48,982 nucleotides of DNA from Sphingomicrobium sp. (GTDB lineage Bacteria > Pseudomonadota > Alphaproteobacteria > Sphingomonadales > Sphingomonadaceae), in contig DASTDT010000080.1 in NCBI GenBank assembly GCA_035710225.1, positions 1 to 48,982 of the forward strand. The letters run 5' to 3'. This document shows positions 30,880-39,009 of this stretch, one piece after another (position 1 is the first letter of the stretch; the number at the start of each line of letters is the position of its first letter). The notes beneath the pieces were generated by a model, which did no database searches, was not told the DNA's origin, and worked only from the letters and a program-made list of their open reading frames with translations. The position numbers were made by a program, and so were the translations under genes.

Positions 30880-31965
30880 ATGCCCCTCCTCCAGGCCCGC
30901 AAGCAGTACAAGCCGTTCGAATACCCCTGGGCGTTCGAATATTGGAAGCGCCAGCAGCAGATCCACTGGATGCCCGAGGAGGTGCCTTTGGGCGAGGATT
31001 GCCGCGACTGGGCGCAAAAGCTGACCACCCACGAGCGCAACCTTCTCACCCAGATCTTCCGCTTTTTCACCCAGGCCGACGTCGAGGTGCAGGATTGCTA
31101 CCACGACAAGTACGGCCGCGTGTTCAAGCCGACCGAGATCAAGATGATGCTGACCGCCTTCTCCAACATGGAGACGGTGCACATCGCCGCCTACAGCCAT
31201 CTGCTCGACACCATCGGCATGGCCGAGAGCGAGTACAGCGCCTTCCTCCAGTACAAGGAGATGAAGGACAAGCACGATTACCTGCAGCAGTTCGGGGTCG
31301 ATACCGACGAGGATATCGCCAAGACGCTCGCCATGTTCGGCGGCTTCACCGAAGGGCTGCAATTGTTCGCCAGCTTCGCCATGCTGATGAACTTCCCGCG
31401 CTTCAACAAGATGAAGGGCATGGGCCAGATCGTCAGCTGGTCGGTGCGCGACGAGAGCCTTCACTGCGAGGGCATCATCCGCCTGTTCCACGCCTTCGTG
31501 AAGGAGCGCAACTGCCTCACCAAGAACGTCAAGGACGAGATCATCGACGCCTGCCAGAAGACGGTCCGGCTCGAGGACGCGTTCATCGACCTGGCGTTCG
31601 AGATGGGCCCGGTCGAGGGCATGACGCCCAAGGCGATCAAGAAGTACATCCGCTACATCGCCGACTGGCGCCTCGGCCAATTGGGCTTCTCGCCGATCTA
31701 CATGATCGACGAGCACCCCCTCCCCTGGCTCGCCCCGCTGCTCAACGGAGTCGAGCACGCCAACTTCTTCGAAACCCGCGCCACCGAATATTCCAAGGCC
31801 GCCACGCGCGGAAACTGGAACGAAGTGTGGGACAATTTCGACCGCCGGCAGAAGGCCAAGGGCGCCGCCAACGACGGCGCGGACGGGGAGCTGTCAGCCG
31901 AAGCTCAGGCGGAAGCCGAAGGGCAGGAGGATATGTTCGGGAATGCTGGGGTCGCCGCAGAATAA
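30880..31965 (+). CDS. nrdB: Ribonucleotide reductase beta subunit (class Ia-type ligands and radical Tyr)
   Basis: WMPEE, FFTQAD, ETVHIAAY, EG..LF..F, RDESLH and NFFETRATEY. Acidic C-terminal extension. Confidence 0.96.
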   Translation: MPLLQARKQYKPFEYPWAFEYWKRQQQIHWMPEEVPLGEDCRDWAQKLTTHERNLLTQIFRFFTQADVEVQDCYHDKYGRVFKPTEIKMMLTAFSNMETVHIAAYSHLLDTIGMAESEYSAFLQYKEMKDKHDYLQQFGVDTDEDIAKTLAMFGGFTEGLQLFASFAMLMNFPRFNKMKGMGQIVSWSVRDESLHCEGIIRLFHAFVKERNCLTKNVKDEIIDACQKTVRLEDAFIDLAFEMGPVEGMTPKAIKKYIRYIADWRLGQLGFSPIYMIDEHPLPWLAPLLNGVEHANFFETRATEYSKAATRGNWNEVWDNFDRRQKAKGAANDGADGELSAEAQAEAEGQEDMFGNAGVAAE

Positions 31966-32197
31966 ACTGGAGTTCCGCTCAGTAAGCTAAGGGAGGGCAT
32001 TATGTCGCAAGGACCTTAACCGCCATGCATTCAAAATCGAGGATGCGGATCGGGACCCTTCGCGTACTGCTCAGCACCCAGTCCCCTGGCTGTTCTGGGG
32101 TGGAACCGAAATATCGGCCACGCGCAAAAGCTTCCCAACGTCGGGATCAGGAAAATCCGCACCCGAAGTCCACACTTTCTTTGCGAAAGACGGAGCC

Positions 32198-32377
32198 ATG
32201 GTCGCAGAGGCGCAAGCGTTTCTGCACATGGACGGGGAGTGGATGTGGCGTTTCTACCTTCTGGATACAGACGGTAGCGTGATCGTCATTTCACACCGAG
32301 CGTACTTCACGAGAACCGAGGCCGAAACCGCCTTGCGTGAATTTCAGCTCAACCTCGCCCGCGCAGAAACCGGATAA
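32198..32377 (+). CDS. 59-aa protein, weak YegP/DUF1508-like pattern (not in the ORF track)
   Basis: GGAG then ATG 32198. MVAEAQAFLHMDGEWMWRFYLLDTDGSVIVISHRAYFTRTEAETALREFQLNLARAETG, followed by a terminator. Confidence 0.5.
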   Translation: MVAEAQAFLHMDGEWMWRFYLLDTDGSVIVISHRAYFTRTEAETALREFQLNLARAETG

Positions 32378-32410
32378 ATATCGCTCGGGCTAACCACTGA
32401 GCGGAACGGG

Positions 32411-32440
32411 GGGCGGCCAGGAATGGCCGCCCTTCTATTT
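32411..32440 (+). terminator. Intrinsic terminator
   Basis: GGGCGGCCA-GGAA-TGGCCGCCC followed by TTCTATTT, between convergent genes. Confidence 0.75.
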
Positions 32441-33010
32441 CTAGCACCAAGGCTGCTTGCCACCTCTGTAATTCCGAACCAATCCCTCGTTCACGAGCGT
32501 GTCTCCGACATCGGAGCCATTCACTGCGACATTGCGAAGCAACCTGCCATAGCCGTCGCGATCACGATCGATGCTCATTAGGCTGATGCTACCGCTGTTG
32601 AGCAATTCCTGGAGTCGACGCGTCGCCTCGTCGCCTTGCGCTTTCTCTGCAGGGCATTTGAAATCATGCGTCTCCGGCGCGTCGATCCCGGCGATCCGGA
32701 TGTTCTGGCCTTGAAGCCAGATCGTGTCGCCATCCACGACGCAATTGTACCCGCCGCCGGTGTGACAGAGGCCGAAGCTGGCCCTTATCCCCTCCCCGCT
32801 CGACGCGAGCTCTAGCGGCTCACTTCCGACCGGCCTCCGCTTGATGTCTGACGGGATACCGACCCACAGCCCGACGAGCACGGCACCGAGCCACAGCGGC
32901 ATATAGCGCATCATATTCCATGGCCTCTTGGGCGTCTTTGAGGCGCCGTAAGTTGTCGGCTTCGTCCACTGCCGTCCGCCATTGACCACCCGAAAATCGC
33001 GCTTCGCCAT
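32441..33010 (-). CDS. Thermonuclease (SNase) family protein with N-terminal TM
   Basis: VVDGDTI, IRIAGIDAPE, DRDGYGRLL and LVNEGL motifs. Start uncertain (ATG 33010, or MMRYM further in). Confidence 0.88.
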   Translation of the reverse strand: MAKRDFRVVNGGRQWTKPTTYGASKTPKRPWNMMRYMPLWLGAVLVGLWVGIPSDIKRRPVGSEPLELASSGEGIRASFGLCHTGGGYNCVVDGDTIWLQGQNIRIAGIDAPETHDFKCPAEKAQGDEATRRLQELLNSGSISLMSIDRDRDGYGRLLRNVAVNGSDVGDTLVNEGLVRNYRGGKQPWC

Positions 33011-33030
33011 ATCATGACAGTAGGAGATGG

Positions 33031-33050
33031 GCCGTCGCGGAGTAAATCCG
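33031..33050 (+). repeat. Palindromic repeat, copy 1
   Basis: GCCGTCGCGGAGTAAATCCG is 19/20 identical to 34334-34353. Confidence 0.8.
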
Positions 33051-33130
33051 AAACCTGGACGATGTTGCCCCTCGATCATGATTTGCGTTAACAATCGCGG
33101 GCCGAATCCAAACTCTTGGGGAGAGAGTCG

Positions 33131-33742
33131 ATGCGCGCATTTGTCGTTTTCACAGCGGGCGCGGCAATGTTTTTGGCAGGCTGCAGCGGCAACGGGCCCG
33201 ATGAAAATGCAAGCGGCAACGCCGGTGGGCCAGAAGACCGCTTTGTCGTTCGCGCCGGCCCCGTCGCCAATGCCCAGCTTGGCGCGCTGTCGGGGACGTT
33301 CCAGATGTTGAAGAGCGGAGCGCCTGACGCGATCCCTTCGGGCGGCACGGGCGGTGCGTGCCTGGTCTTCGCCGCGGCCGACCTCGGCTTCACGCAGATG
33401 GCAGCCAATCAGTGCACGACCAACCTGCAATGCTCCACTAACGAAAACCCCGTCGGTTATTGCGATACCGGCACTGGGACCTGCTGGTCGCGGCCCAACC
33501 GGCCCAATGCCCGAGCGGCTCTGTGTAATGCCGGGATCACGCTCACGCCCAATGCGCTAACTCCGGTGCCGGTCCAGCCTTCCGACGCTGGTCAGTTCGG
33601 CGTCGCGCCCGGCGCCAAGGTTCGGGTCGTGGCCTGCCTCAATAAGGGCTCGCCCCCCTGGCCGAATAACCGCGCGCCCTGTGCCTACCCGGATCACAGC
33701 GACCGCATCGAAGTCCTCGGACCCGTCACGACGGTGAGATGA
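33131..33742 (+). CDS. Cys-rich hypothetical lipoprotein
   Basis: Lipobox LAGC plus 8 further Cys; Gly/Pro/Asn-rich. GGAGAG SD. Confidence 0.7.
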   Translation: MRAFVVFTAGAAMFLAGCSGNGPDENASGNAGGPEDRFVVRAGPVANAQLGALSGTFQMLKSGAPDAIPSGGTGGACLVFAAADLGFTQMAANQCTTNLQCSTNENPVGYCDTGTGTCWSRPNRPNARAALCNAGITLTPNALTPVPVQPSDAGQFGVAPGAKVRVVACLNKGSPPWPNNRAPCAYPDHSDRIEVLGPVTTVR

Positions 33743-33815
33743 CGCAGGCGCGGGGACTCCCAATACGGAGTTCTCAAAGCCACTGGTGGCGGCTGACTGA
33801 ATCTGTCCGTTTGGC

Positions 33816-34256
33816 TCAGCCGAGCAACTGACCCAGGCTCAACCCCGCGAAAAGAGCGGCGGCAACGCTCGCCAGCCAGAACCGCGTTCTCCAGTCGATT
33901 TCCGGAGTGGCTCGCAACGGAGCTGCTCGGGGGGAGGCGGGCCGCGCCGCCTTCGCAGCGGCTGGCCCGACAGTCTTGGAGGCCGGTTTCGGCAGCGATC
34001 CTTTGCGCTTGGCGCGGATTCGCTCCTTATGCTCGCGCGGTCGATCCGCGAGCTGGCGATTGCAGCCCGGGTGGCACAGGGCCAGGTTGTCGAGCGTCGA
34101 GGCACCGCCCAGCGACCGCGGCGTGAGATGCTCGATCGTCGGCGCTTTCTTGCTGTTCGGCGCAGCGGCGAACTGGAGGCGGCCGCCGCACAGCCAGCAG
34201 TCGTCGCCGTCGCGAGCGCGCAGAAGCTCGACCTTGCTCTTGAGCGGCGCGTTCAT
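33816..34256 (-). CDS. HNH endonuclease with C-terminal membrane anchor
   Basis: RDGDDCWLC...TIEHLTPRSLGG...NLALCHPGCN (McrA/HNH-type), a basic Pro/Ala linker and a terminal hydrophobic helix FWLASVAAALFAGLSLGQLLG. Confidence 0.85.
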   Translation of the reverse strand: MNAPLKSKVELLRARDGDDCWLCGGRLQFAAAPNSKKAPTIEHLTPRSLGGASTLDNLALCHPGCNRQLADRPREHKERIRAKRKGSLPKPASKTVGPAAAKAARPASPRAAPLRATPEIDWRTRFWLASVAAALFAGLSLGQLLG

Positions 34257-34267
34257 GCCCGCCGGAT

Positions 34268-34295
34268 TAGGACAAGACCGTTGCGGAATGGTTAG
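34268..34295 (-). promoter_or_regulatory. CtrA-like box and -10 element of the HNH gene
   Basis: Minus strand CTAACCATTCCGCAAC, then CCTA ending 11 nt before the ATG. Same geometry as 35661 and 35918. Confidence 0.45.
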
Positions 34296-34331
34296 CCGGC
34301 ACGGCAGGCCGCTAGTCGCCAGGCACGACAG

Positions 34332-34359
34332 AAGCCGTCACGGAGTAAATCCGTGACGT
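34332..34359 (+). repeat. Palindromic repeat, copy 2 (perfect dyad)
   Basis: CGTCACGGA-GTAAA-TCCGTGACG (34336-34358). Confidence 0.85.
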
Positions 34360-34363
34360 CGAA

Positions 34364-34385
34364 CGGGTTCGGCTTCGCCGACCCG
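34364..34385 (-). terminator. Possible terminator hairpin of the membrane protein gene
   Basis: Minus strand CGGGTCGGC-GAA-GCCGAACCCG, just downstream of the stop at 34412. U-tract is weak. Confidence 0.4.
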
Positions 34386-34411
34386 CCGGCCGGGGCTTAC
34401 CGGCTCTACGC

Positions 34412-35245
34412 CTAAGCTCCCGTTTGCTGCGCAAACGCTCCCTTAGGCGCGGCGGATCGCCTGCCCGCTTGCCACCCCGCCCAGCTCGTCGCCGCGCCGA
34501 TCGCCATTCCGCTTAGCACCAGCGCCGCGCTCGGCAGCTGGCCGAGCACACCAAGCGCGCCCTCGAGCAGCGGGTTCTTCGCCATCAGCCCCATGGTCAG
34601 CATTTGAGCGACGATGAACGCACCGGCGACCAGGAACGGCGCCGCCTTGGCACGGTACTTGGCCCAGATGACCGCGATGATCGCCAGCGACACCGCCATC
34701 GCCCAGACGATCGAGGGAATGAGCTTGTCCATGTCCTGCGGCCCCCGGATCGCGAACTGCGGCAGCACTTGACCCATCACCCGGCTGAACGGCGATTCGA
34801 ACAGGATCAGCGGAGTCGACAGCATGTAGCCCGAATGCACCCACACCTTCCGCCGGAACTTGAGCGCGCGGTAATAGACCGTGACATAGGCGGCGATCGC
34901 CAGCACCAGCCCGATCAGGAATTCTCCGCCGAAGCGCACCCGGAACGGGTCGTCGCCGGCGACGAAGCCCTTGGCGGTCAGATCGATGATCGCCATCAGC
35001 CCGCCGATCAGGAACGGGAACAGGATCAGGCTCGACTTGCCGACCGCTCGGTGGAGGTCGAGCTGCTTGTGATGCGCGGTCCAGCTTTGCGCCAATACCA
35101 TCAGCACCCAGATGCTCGCCGCCACGCCATGCGCGTGGAACTGCCACGGCACGCTTCGGAACGGCGCGAAATAGCTCGGCCAGAAGCCGACGGCGATCAC
35201 CGCCATGCAGGCCAGGACGTAATAATGCGCGCGCGGATAAGGCAT
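34412..35245 (-). CDS. Hypothetical multi-TM protein with His-bearing helices
   Basis: GGGGGAG SD, about 8 TM segments, HAHG...HRAVG...VHSGYM His pattern (possible heme ligands). Confidence 0.75.
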   Translation of the reverse strand: MPYPRAHYYVLACMAVIAVGFWPSYFAPFRSVPWQFHAHGVAASIWVLMVLAQSWTAHHKQLDLHRAVGKSSLILFPFLIGGLMAIIDLTAKGFVAGDDPFRVRFGGEFLIGLVLAIAAYVTVYYRALKFRRKVWVHSGYMLSTPLILFESPFSRVMGQVLPQFAIRGPQDMDKLIPSIVWAMAVSLAIIAVIWAKYRAKAAPFLVAGAFIVAQMLTMGLMAKNPLLEGALGVLGQLPSAALVLSGMAIGAATSWAGWQAGRRSAAPKGAFAQQTGA

Positions 35246-35398
35246 CGGCTCCCCCTTCCGTTGCTGCGCGGCTCATAGCATGATCGGGGTCGATCGCGGA
35301 AATTCAGGGCTCGACTGGCGCCCCATAAGAGGCGTCGCTGATCACCCACGGAGACGCCGCCCAATCCCGAACGGCGCGTCGTCAGCTTCGTCGGAGGA

Positions 35399-35650
35399 TC
35401 AGTCGGGCACCTCGATCGTCACCTGGCGCGGGCTCCAGCCGGAATAGCTGGCGAAGCCGGCGAGCAGGACCAGGGCGAGGAAGGCCGACAGCGCGATTCC
35501 CAGCAGCACCGTGCGCCGGTCGCGCTCGTTGCGGCTCAGCACCACCGTCTGCTTCTCGACCGGCGGCGGGTCGCGCCGGATTCGCGACACACGCACCTCG
35601 CCCGAGCCGAGCGCGACGGTCTGCTTTGCGGTGGTGAGCGGAGCGGCCAT
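35399..35650 (-). CDS. Small single-TM protein (SRIRRDPPP motif)
   Basis: Internal repeat KQTVAL/KQTVVL and a C-proximal TM. Start ATG 35650 or GTG 35656. Confidence 0.7.
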   Translation of the reverse strand: MAAPLTTAKQTVALGSGEVRVSRIRRDPPPVEKQTVVLSRNERDRRTVLLGIALSAFLALVLLAGFASYSGWSPRQVTIEVPD

Positions 35651-35660
35651 GGCCACTGCC

Positions 35661-35688
35661 TAGCGCGGCGCGGTTACCGTCTGGTTAG
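35661..35688 (-). promoter_or_regulatory. CtrA-like box and GCTA -10 element
   Basis: Minus strand CTAACCAGACGGTAACC-N5-GCGCTA; 23/28 identical to 35918-35945. Confidence 0.55.
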
Positions 35689-35906
35689 CGCCGCACCTCG
35701 CGCGCCACCGGCGAGTCCGGGCTGAGCGCCCAGGCCAGTCCAGCAACGAACAGCAGCGACAGCCCCAACCCGACCAACGATCCGAACGCCGGCCGCGGCG
35801 CCCGCCGCCGCCCCGGCGAACGCGCAAGCGCGCGCTCGATTCCCCGCTGCTCGGAGTCCAGCAGCACGGTCGCGTTCGCGCAATCGTCAGGCGTCCACGG
35901 CTTCAT
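35685..35906 (-). CDS. Small single-TM protein (73 aa)
   Basis: ATG start, one C-proximal TM, and its own copy of the promoter motif. Confidence 0.6.
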   Translation of the reverse strand: MKPWTPDDCANATVLLDSEQRGIERALARSPGRRRAPRPAFGSLVGLGLSLLFVAGLAWALSPDSPVAREVRR

Positions 35907-35917
35907 CGCCGCCCCTT

Positions 35918-35945
35918 TAGCGCCGTCGGGTTACCGTCCGGTTAG
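35918..35945 (-). promoter_or_regulatory. CtrA-like box and GCTA -10 element
   Basis: Minus strand CTAACCGGACGGTAACC-N5-GCGCTA, ending 11 nt before ATG 35906. Confidence 0.55.
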
Positions 35946-35979
35946 GAGCATCCGCCGCGTCCCAAGCGTTCCCGCCCTC

Positions 35980-36189
35980 ATGCCCTCGGCCGTCATCCGC
36001 CGCTTCGACTATTCCGAGCCGACGCGCACGCTCGAGGTCACCTTCACCACCGGCCGCCGCTACGTCTACCGCGACGTCCCGCCCGAAGCCGCGCAGGCGC
36101 TGAAGGAGTCGTTCGCCAAGGGCGTCCACTTCAACCGCCACATCCGCGGCCGCTACCCTTTCGAGGAGCTCGAGCCCGAGAGCGACTAG
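35980..36189 (+). CDS. KTSC domain protein
   Basis: [10 protein letters not shown]...[17 protein letters not shown]...[17 protein letters not shown]17-CGTT upstream (35945-35970). Confidence 0.88.
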   Translation: MPSAVIRRFDYSEPTRTLEVTFTTGRRYVYRDVPPEAAQALKESFAKGVHFNRHIRGRYPFEELEPESD

Positions 36190-38009
36190 CTCTCATCCCC
36201 CATCCTCAAGGCAGCAATGAACGCCTCCTGCGGGATGCTGACGTTGCCGTATTCCCGCATCTTGGCTTTGCCCTTCTTCTGCTTGTCGAGCAGCTTGCGT
36301 TTGCGGGTCGCGTCGCCGCCGTAGCATTTGGCGGTGACGTCCTTGCGCATCGCGCTGATCGTCTCGCGGGCGATCACCTTGCCGCCGATCGCCGCCTGGA
36401 TCGGGATCTTGAACAAGTGCCTGGGGATCAGCTCCTTTAGCCGCTCGCACATGCCGCGGCCACGGGCCTCGGCGGTGCCGCGGTGGGTGATCATGCTAAG
36501 CGCGTCGACCGGCTCCTCGTTGACCAGGATGGTCATCTTCACCAGGTCGCCTTCGCGGTGGCCGATCTGCTCGTAATCGAAGCTGGCATAGCCCTTGGAG
36601 ATGCTCTTCAGCCGGTCGTAGAAGTCGAACACCACCTCGTTGAGCGGGAGCTCGTACTTCAGCTGTGCGCGGCCGCCCACGTAAGTCAGCTCGCGCTGGA
36701 TTCCGCGGCGGTCCTGGCACAGCTTGAGGATCGCGCCGAGATATTCGTCAGGCGTGTAGATCGTCGCCAGGATCCACGGCTCCTCGATGCTCTCGATCCG
36801 GTTGGGGTCGGGCATGTCGGCCGGGTTGTGCAGCTCGATGGTCTGCGCGGGCTCGTTCTTCGAATGCGACAGATGCATCTTGTAGACCACGCTCGGCGCG
36901 GTGGTGATGAGGTCGAGGTCGTATTCCCGCGTCAGCCGCTCCTGGATGATCTCCAGATGGAGTAATCCAAGAAAACCGCAGCGGAAGCCGAAGCCGAGGG
37001 CCGCGCTCGACTCCATCTCGAAGCTGAACGAGGCGTCGTTGAGGCGTAGCTTGTAGAGGCTTTCGCGGAGCTTCTCGAACTCCGCCGCGTCGGTCGGAAA
37101 GAGGCCGCAGAACACCACCGGCTGGACCTGCTTGAAGCCGGGCAGCGCTTCCGCTGTCGGCCGCTTGGCGTCGGTGATGGTGTCGCCGACCGCGGTCTGG
37201 CTGACTTCCTTGATCTGCGCGGTGATGAAGCCGATCTCGCCCGCGGCGAGGGAATCGAGCTGCTCGATCTTGGGCGTGAAGCAGCCGACTCGGTCGACCA
37301 GGTGGGTTGTCCCGGTGGCCATGAACTTGACCTGCTGGCCGCGCCTGATCACGCCGTCCATCACCCGGATAAGGATGACCACGCCGAGATAGGGGTCGTA
37401 CCAGCTGTCGACCAGCATGGCCTTGAGCGGCGCGGCGCGGTCGCCGCCGGGCGGCGGGATCTTGTCGACGATCGCCTGAAGCACCTCGTCGATTCCGATC
37501 CCGCTCTTGGCGCTCGCCAGCACCGCTTCGGACGCGTCGAGGCCGATGATGTCCTCGATCTCGTGGCGGACCTTCTCCGGCTCGGCGGCGGGCAGGTCGA
37601 TCTTGTTGATGACGGGGATGATCTCGTGGTCGTGCTCGATCGACTGATAAACATTGGCCAAAGTTTGCGCCTCGACCCCCTGCGCCGCGTCGACCACCAG
37701 CAACGCGCCCTCGCACGCGGCCAGGCTTCGGCTCACCTCATAGGCGAAGTCGACGTGGCCTGGCGTGTCCATCAGGTTCAGCGTGTAGGATTCGCCGTCC
37801 GCCGCAACCCATTGTAATCGCACGGTTTGTGCCTTGATGGTGATCCCGCGCTCCTGCTCGATGTCCATGTTGTCGAGCATCTGGCCGCGAACCATCTCGC
37901 GCGCCGTTAGCCCGCCGGTGCGCTGGATCAGCCGGTCGGCGAGCGTCGACTTGCCGTGGTCGATATGGGCGATGATGGAAAAGTTGCGGATCTTGGAGAG
38001 GTCGGTCAT
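36186..38009 (-). CDS. lepA: Translation elongation factor 4
   Basis: [40 protein letters not shown] and KCYGGD. Confidence 0.98.
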   Translation of the reverse strand: MTDLSKIRNFSIIAHIDHGKSTLADRLIQRTGGLTAREMVRGQMLDNMDIEQERGITIKAQTVRLQWVAADGESYTLNLMDTPGHVDFAYEVSRSLAACEGALLVVDAAQGVEAQTLANVYQSIEHDHEIIPVINKIDLPAAEPEKVRHEIEDIIGLDASEAVLASAKSGIGIDEVLQAIVDKIPPPGGDRAAPLKAMLVDSWYDPYLGVVILIRVMDGVIRRGQQVKFMATGTTHLVDRVGCFTPKIEQLDSLAAGEIGFITAQIKEVSQTAVGDTITDAKRPTAEALPGFKQVQPVVFCGLFPTDAAEFEKLRESLYKLRLNDASFSFEMESSAALGFGFRCGFLGLLHLEIIQERLTREYDLDLITTAPSVVYKMHLSHSKNEPAQTIELHNPADMPDPNRIESIEEPWILATIYTPDEYLGAILKLCQDRRGIQRELTYVGGRAQLKYELPLNEVVFDFYDRLKSISKGYASFDYEQIGHREGDLVKMTILVNEEPVDALSMITHRGTAEARGRGMCERLKELIPRHLFKIPIQAAIGGKVIARETISAMRKDVTAKCYGGDATRKRKLLDKQKKGKAKMREYGNVSIPQEAFIAALRMGDES

Positions 38010-38077
38010 GTCGCCGCGCCGCTAGCAGGAACCAAGTCGCCCGTCATCGGTCTCTCATCGCAACAAGGGAGAATGGC

Positions 38078-38899
38078 ATGAATCGCGCGCGGCATATCGA
38101 GACCTGGGCACGGCTCGGCTACTTCGCGCGCGGCATCGTCTACCTCATCATCGGCTGGCTGGCGCTCGATTCGAACAGGCCGATGTCGGCCGGCGAGGCG
38201 GTGAAATCGGTCGAGCAGATGCCGCTCGGCTCAGTGCTGCTGGCGCTGCTCGCGCTCGGGCTGTTCGGCTACGGACTATACAAGATCGGGGCCGGGCTGG
38301 CCGACCTTGACGGCGACGGGCAGGATGGCAAGGCGCTTGCCAAGCGCGGCGGCCGGGTCGGCAGCGGGCTCGCTTACTGGCTGCTGGCATTCATCGCAGC
38401 CAAAGCGATGCTCGACGAAGGGGCGACGGCCGCGGAATCCGGCCAGGCCAGCGGTTCGGGCGGCGCAGCTTCGGACGCTGCGCGGCAAGTGTCGGATACC
38501 GCCGGCGGGGACCTGCTGGTGGTCGCCATCGGCCTTGTCATCCTGGTCGTCGCCGCGGTCCAGCTCTACAATGCCGCCAAGGCGAAGTTCATGGACGAAA
38601 TGGAGCCGGGCGCACCGCGGCTGGTCAAGCCGGCCGGGCAGGCGGGCTATGCGGCGCGCGGGATCGTATTCCTGATCATCGGCTGGTTCGCGCTTCAGGC
38701 TGGGCTGGATGGCGCGCGGCTGCGCGGCTTCGGCGACGCGCTGGCGGTACTCCGGGACGACCAGCCTTTGCTGTTCAAGCTGATCGCCGCCGGCCTGCTG
38801 CTGTTCGGCGCCGTCAGCATCGTAATGGCGCGCTATCGCCACGTCCGCGATGCCGACCTTCGCGACGTCGCGCGTAACGCGGCCGATCCCCGGGTCTGA
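38078..38899 (+). CDS. DUF1206 domain membrane protein
   Basis: Repeated ARLGYFARGIVY / GQAGYAARGIVF units. GGAAC-N16-GGTC upstream (38028-38052). Confidence 0.82.
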   Translation: MNRARHIETWARLGYFARGIVYLIIGWLALDSNRPMSAGEAVKSVEQMPLGSVLLALLALGLFGYGLYKIGAGLADLDGDGQDGKALAKRGGRVGSGLAYWLLAFIAAKAMLDEGATAAESGQASGSGGAASDAARQVSDTAGGDLLVVAIGLVILVVAAVQLYNAAKAKFMDEMEPGAPRLVKPAGQAGYAARGIVFLIIGWFALQAGLDGARLRGFGDALAVLRDDQPLLFKLIAAGLLLFGAVSIVMARYRHVRDADLRDVARNAADPRV

Positions 38900-39009
38900 C
38901 AAAACCGCCATTCGTCGAATGATCGACGGGGCTTGCGGCAAGGCGCTTGTCAGCGCGTGACTTGTGCCTAGGGTGACGCCCGAACGTCACTCCCCGGGGA
39001 ATCTTTCCA

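Noticed and set aside
32025-32282. 85-aa ORF after nrdB
   Set aside because: No SD and no recognisable pattern. The overlapping frame ending at 32377 looks more protein-like and is followed by a terminator.
33764-33774. TACGGAGTTCT as a fourth copy of the palindrome between the lipoprotein and HNH genes
   Set aside because: Only ACGGAGT matches and there is no second arm; this could be chance.
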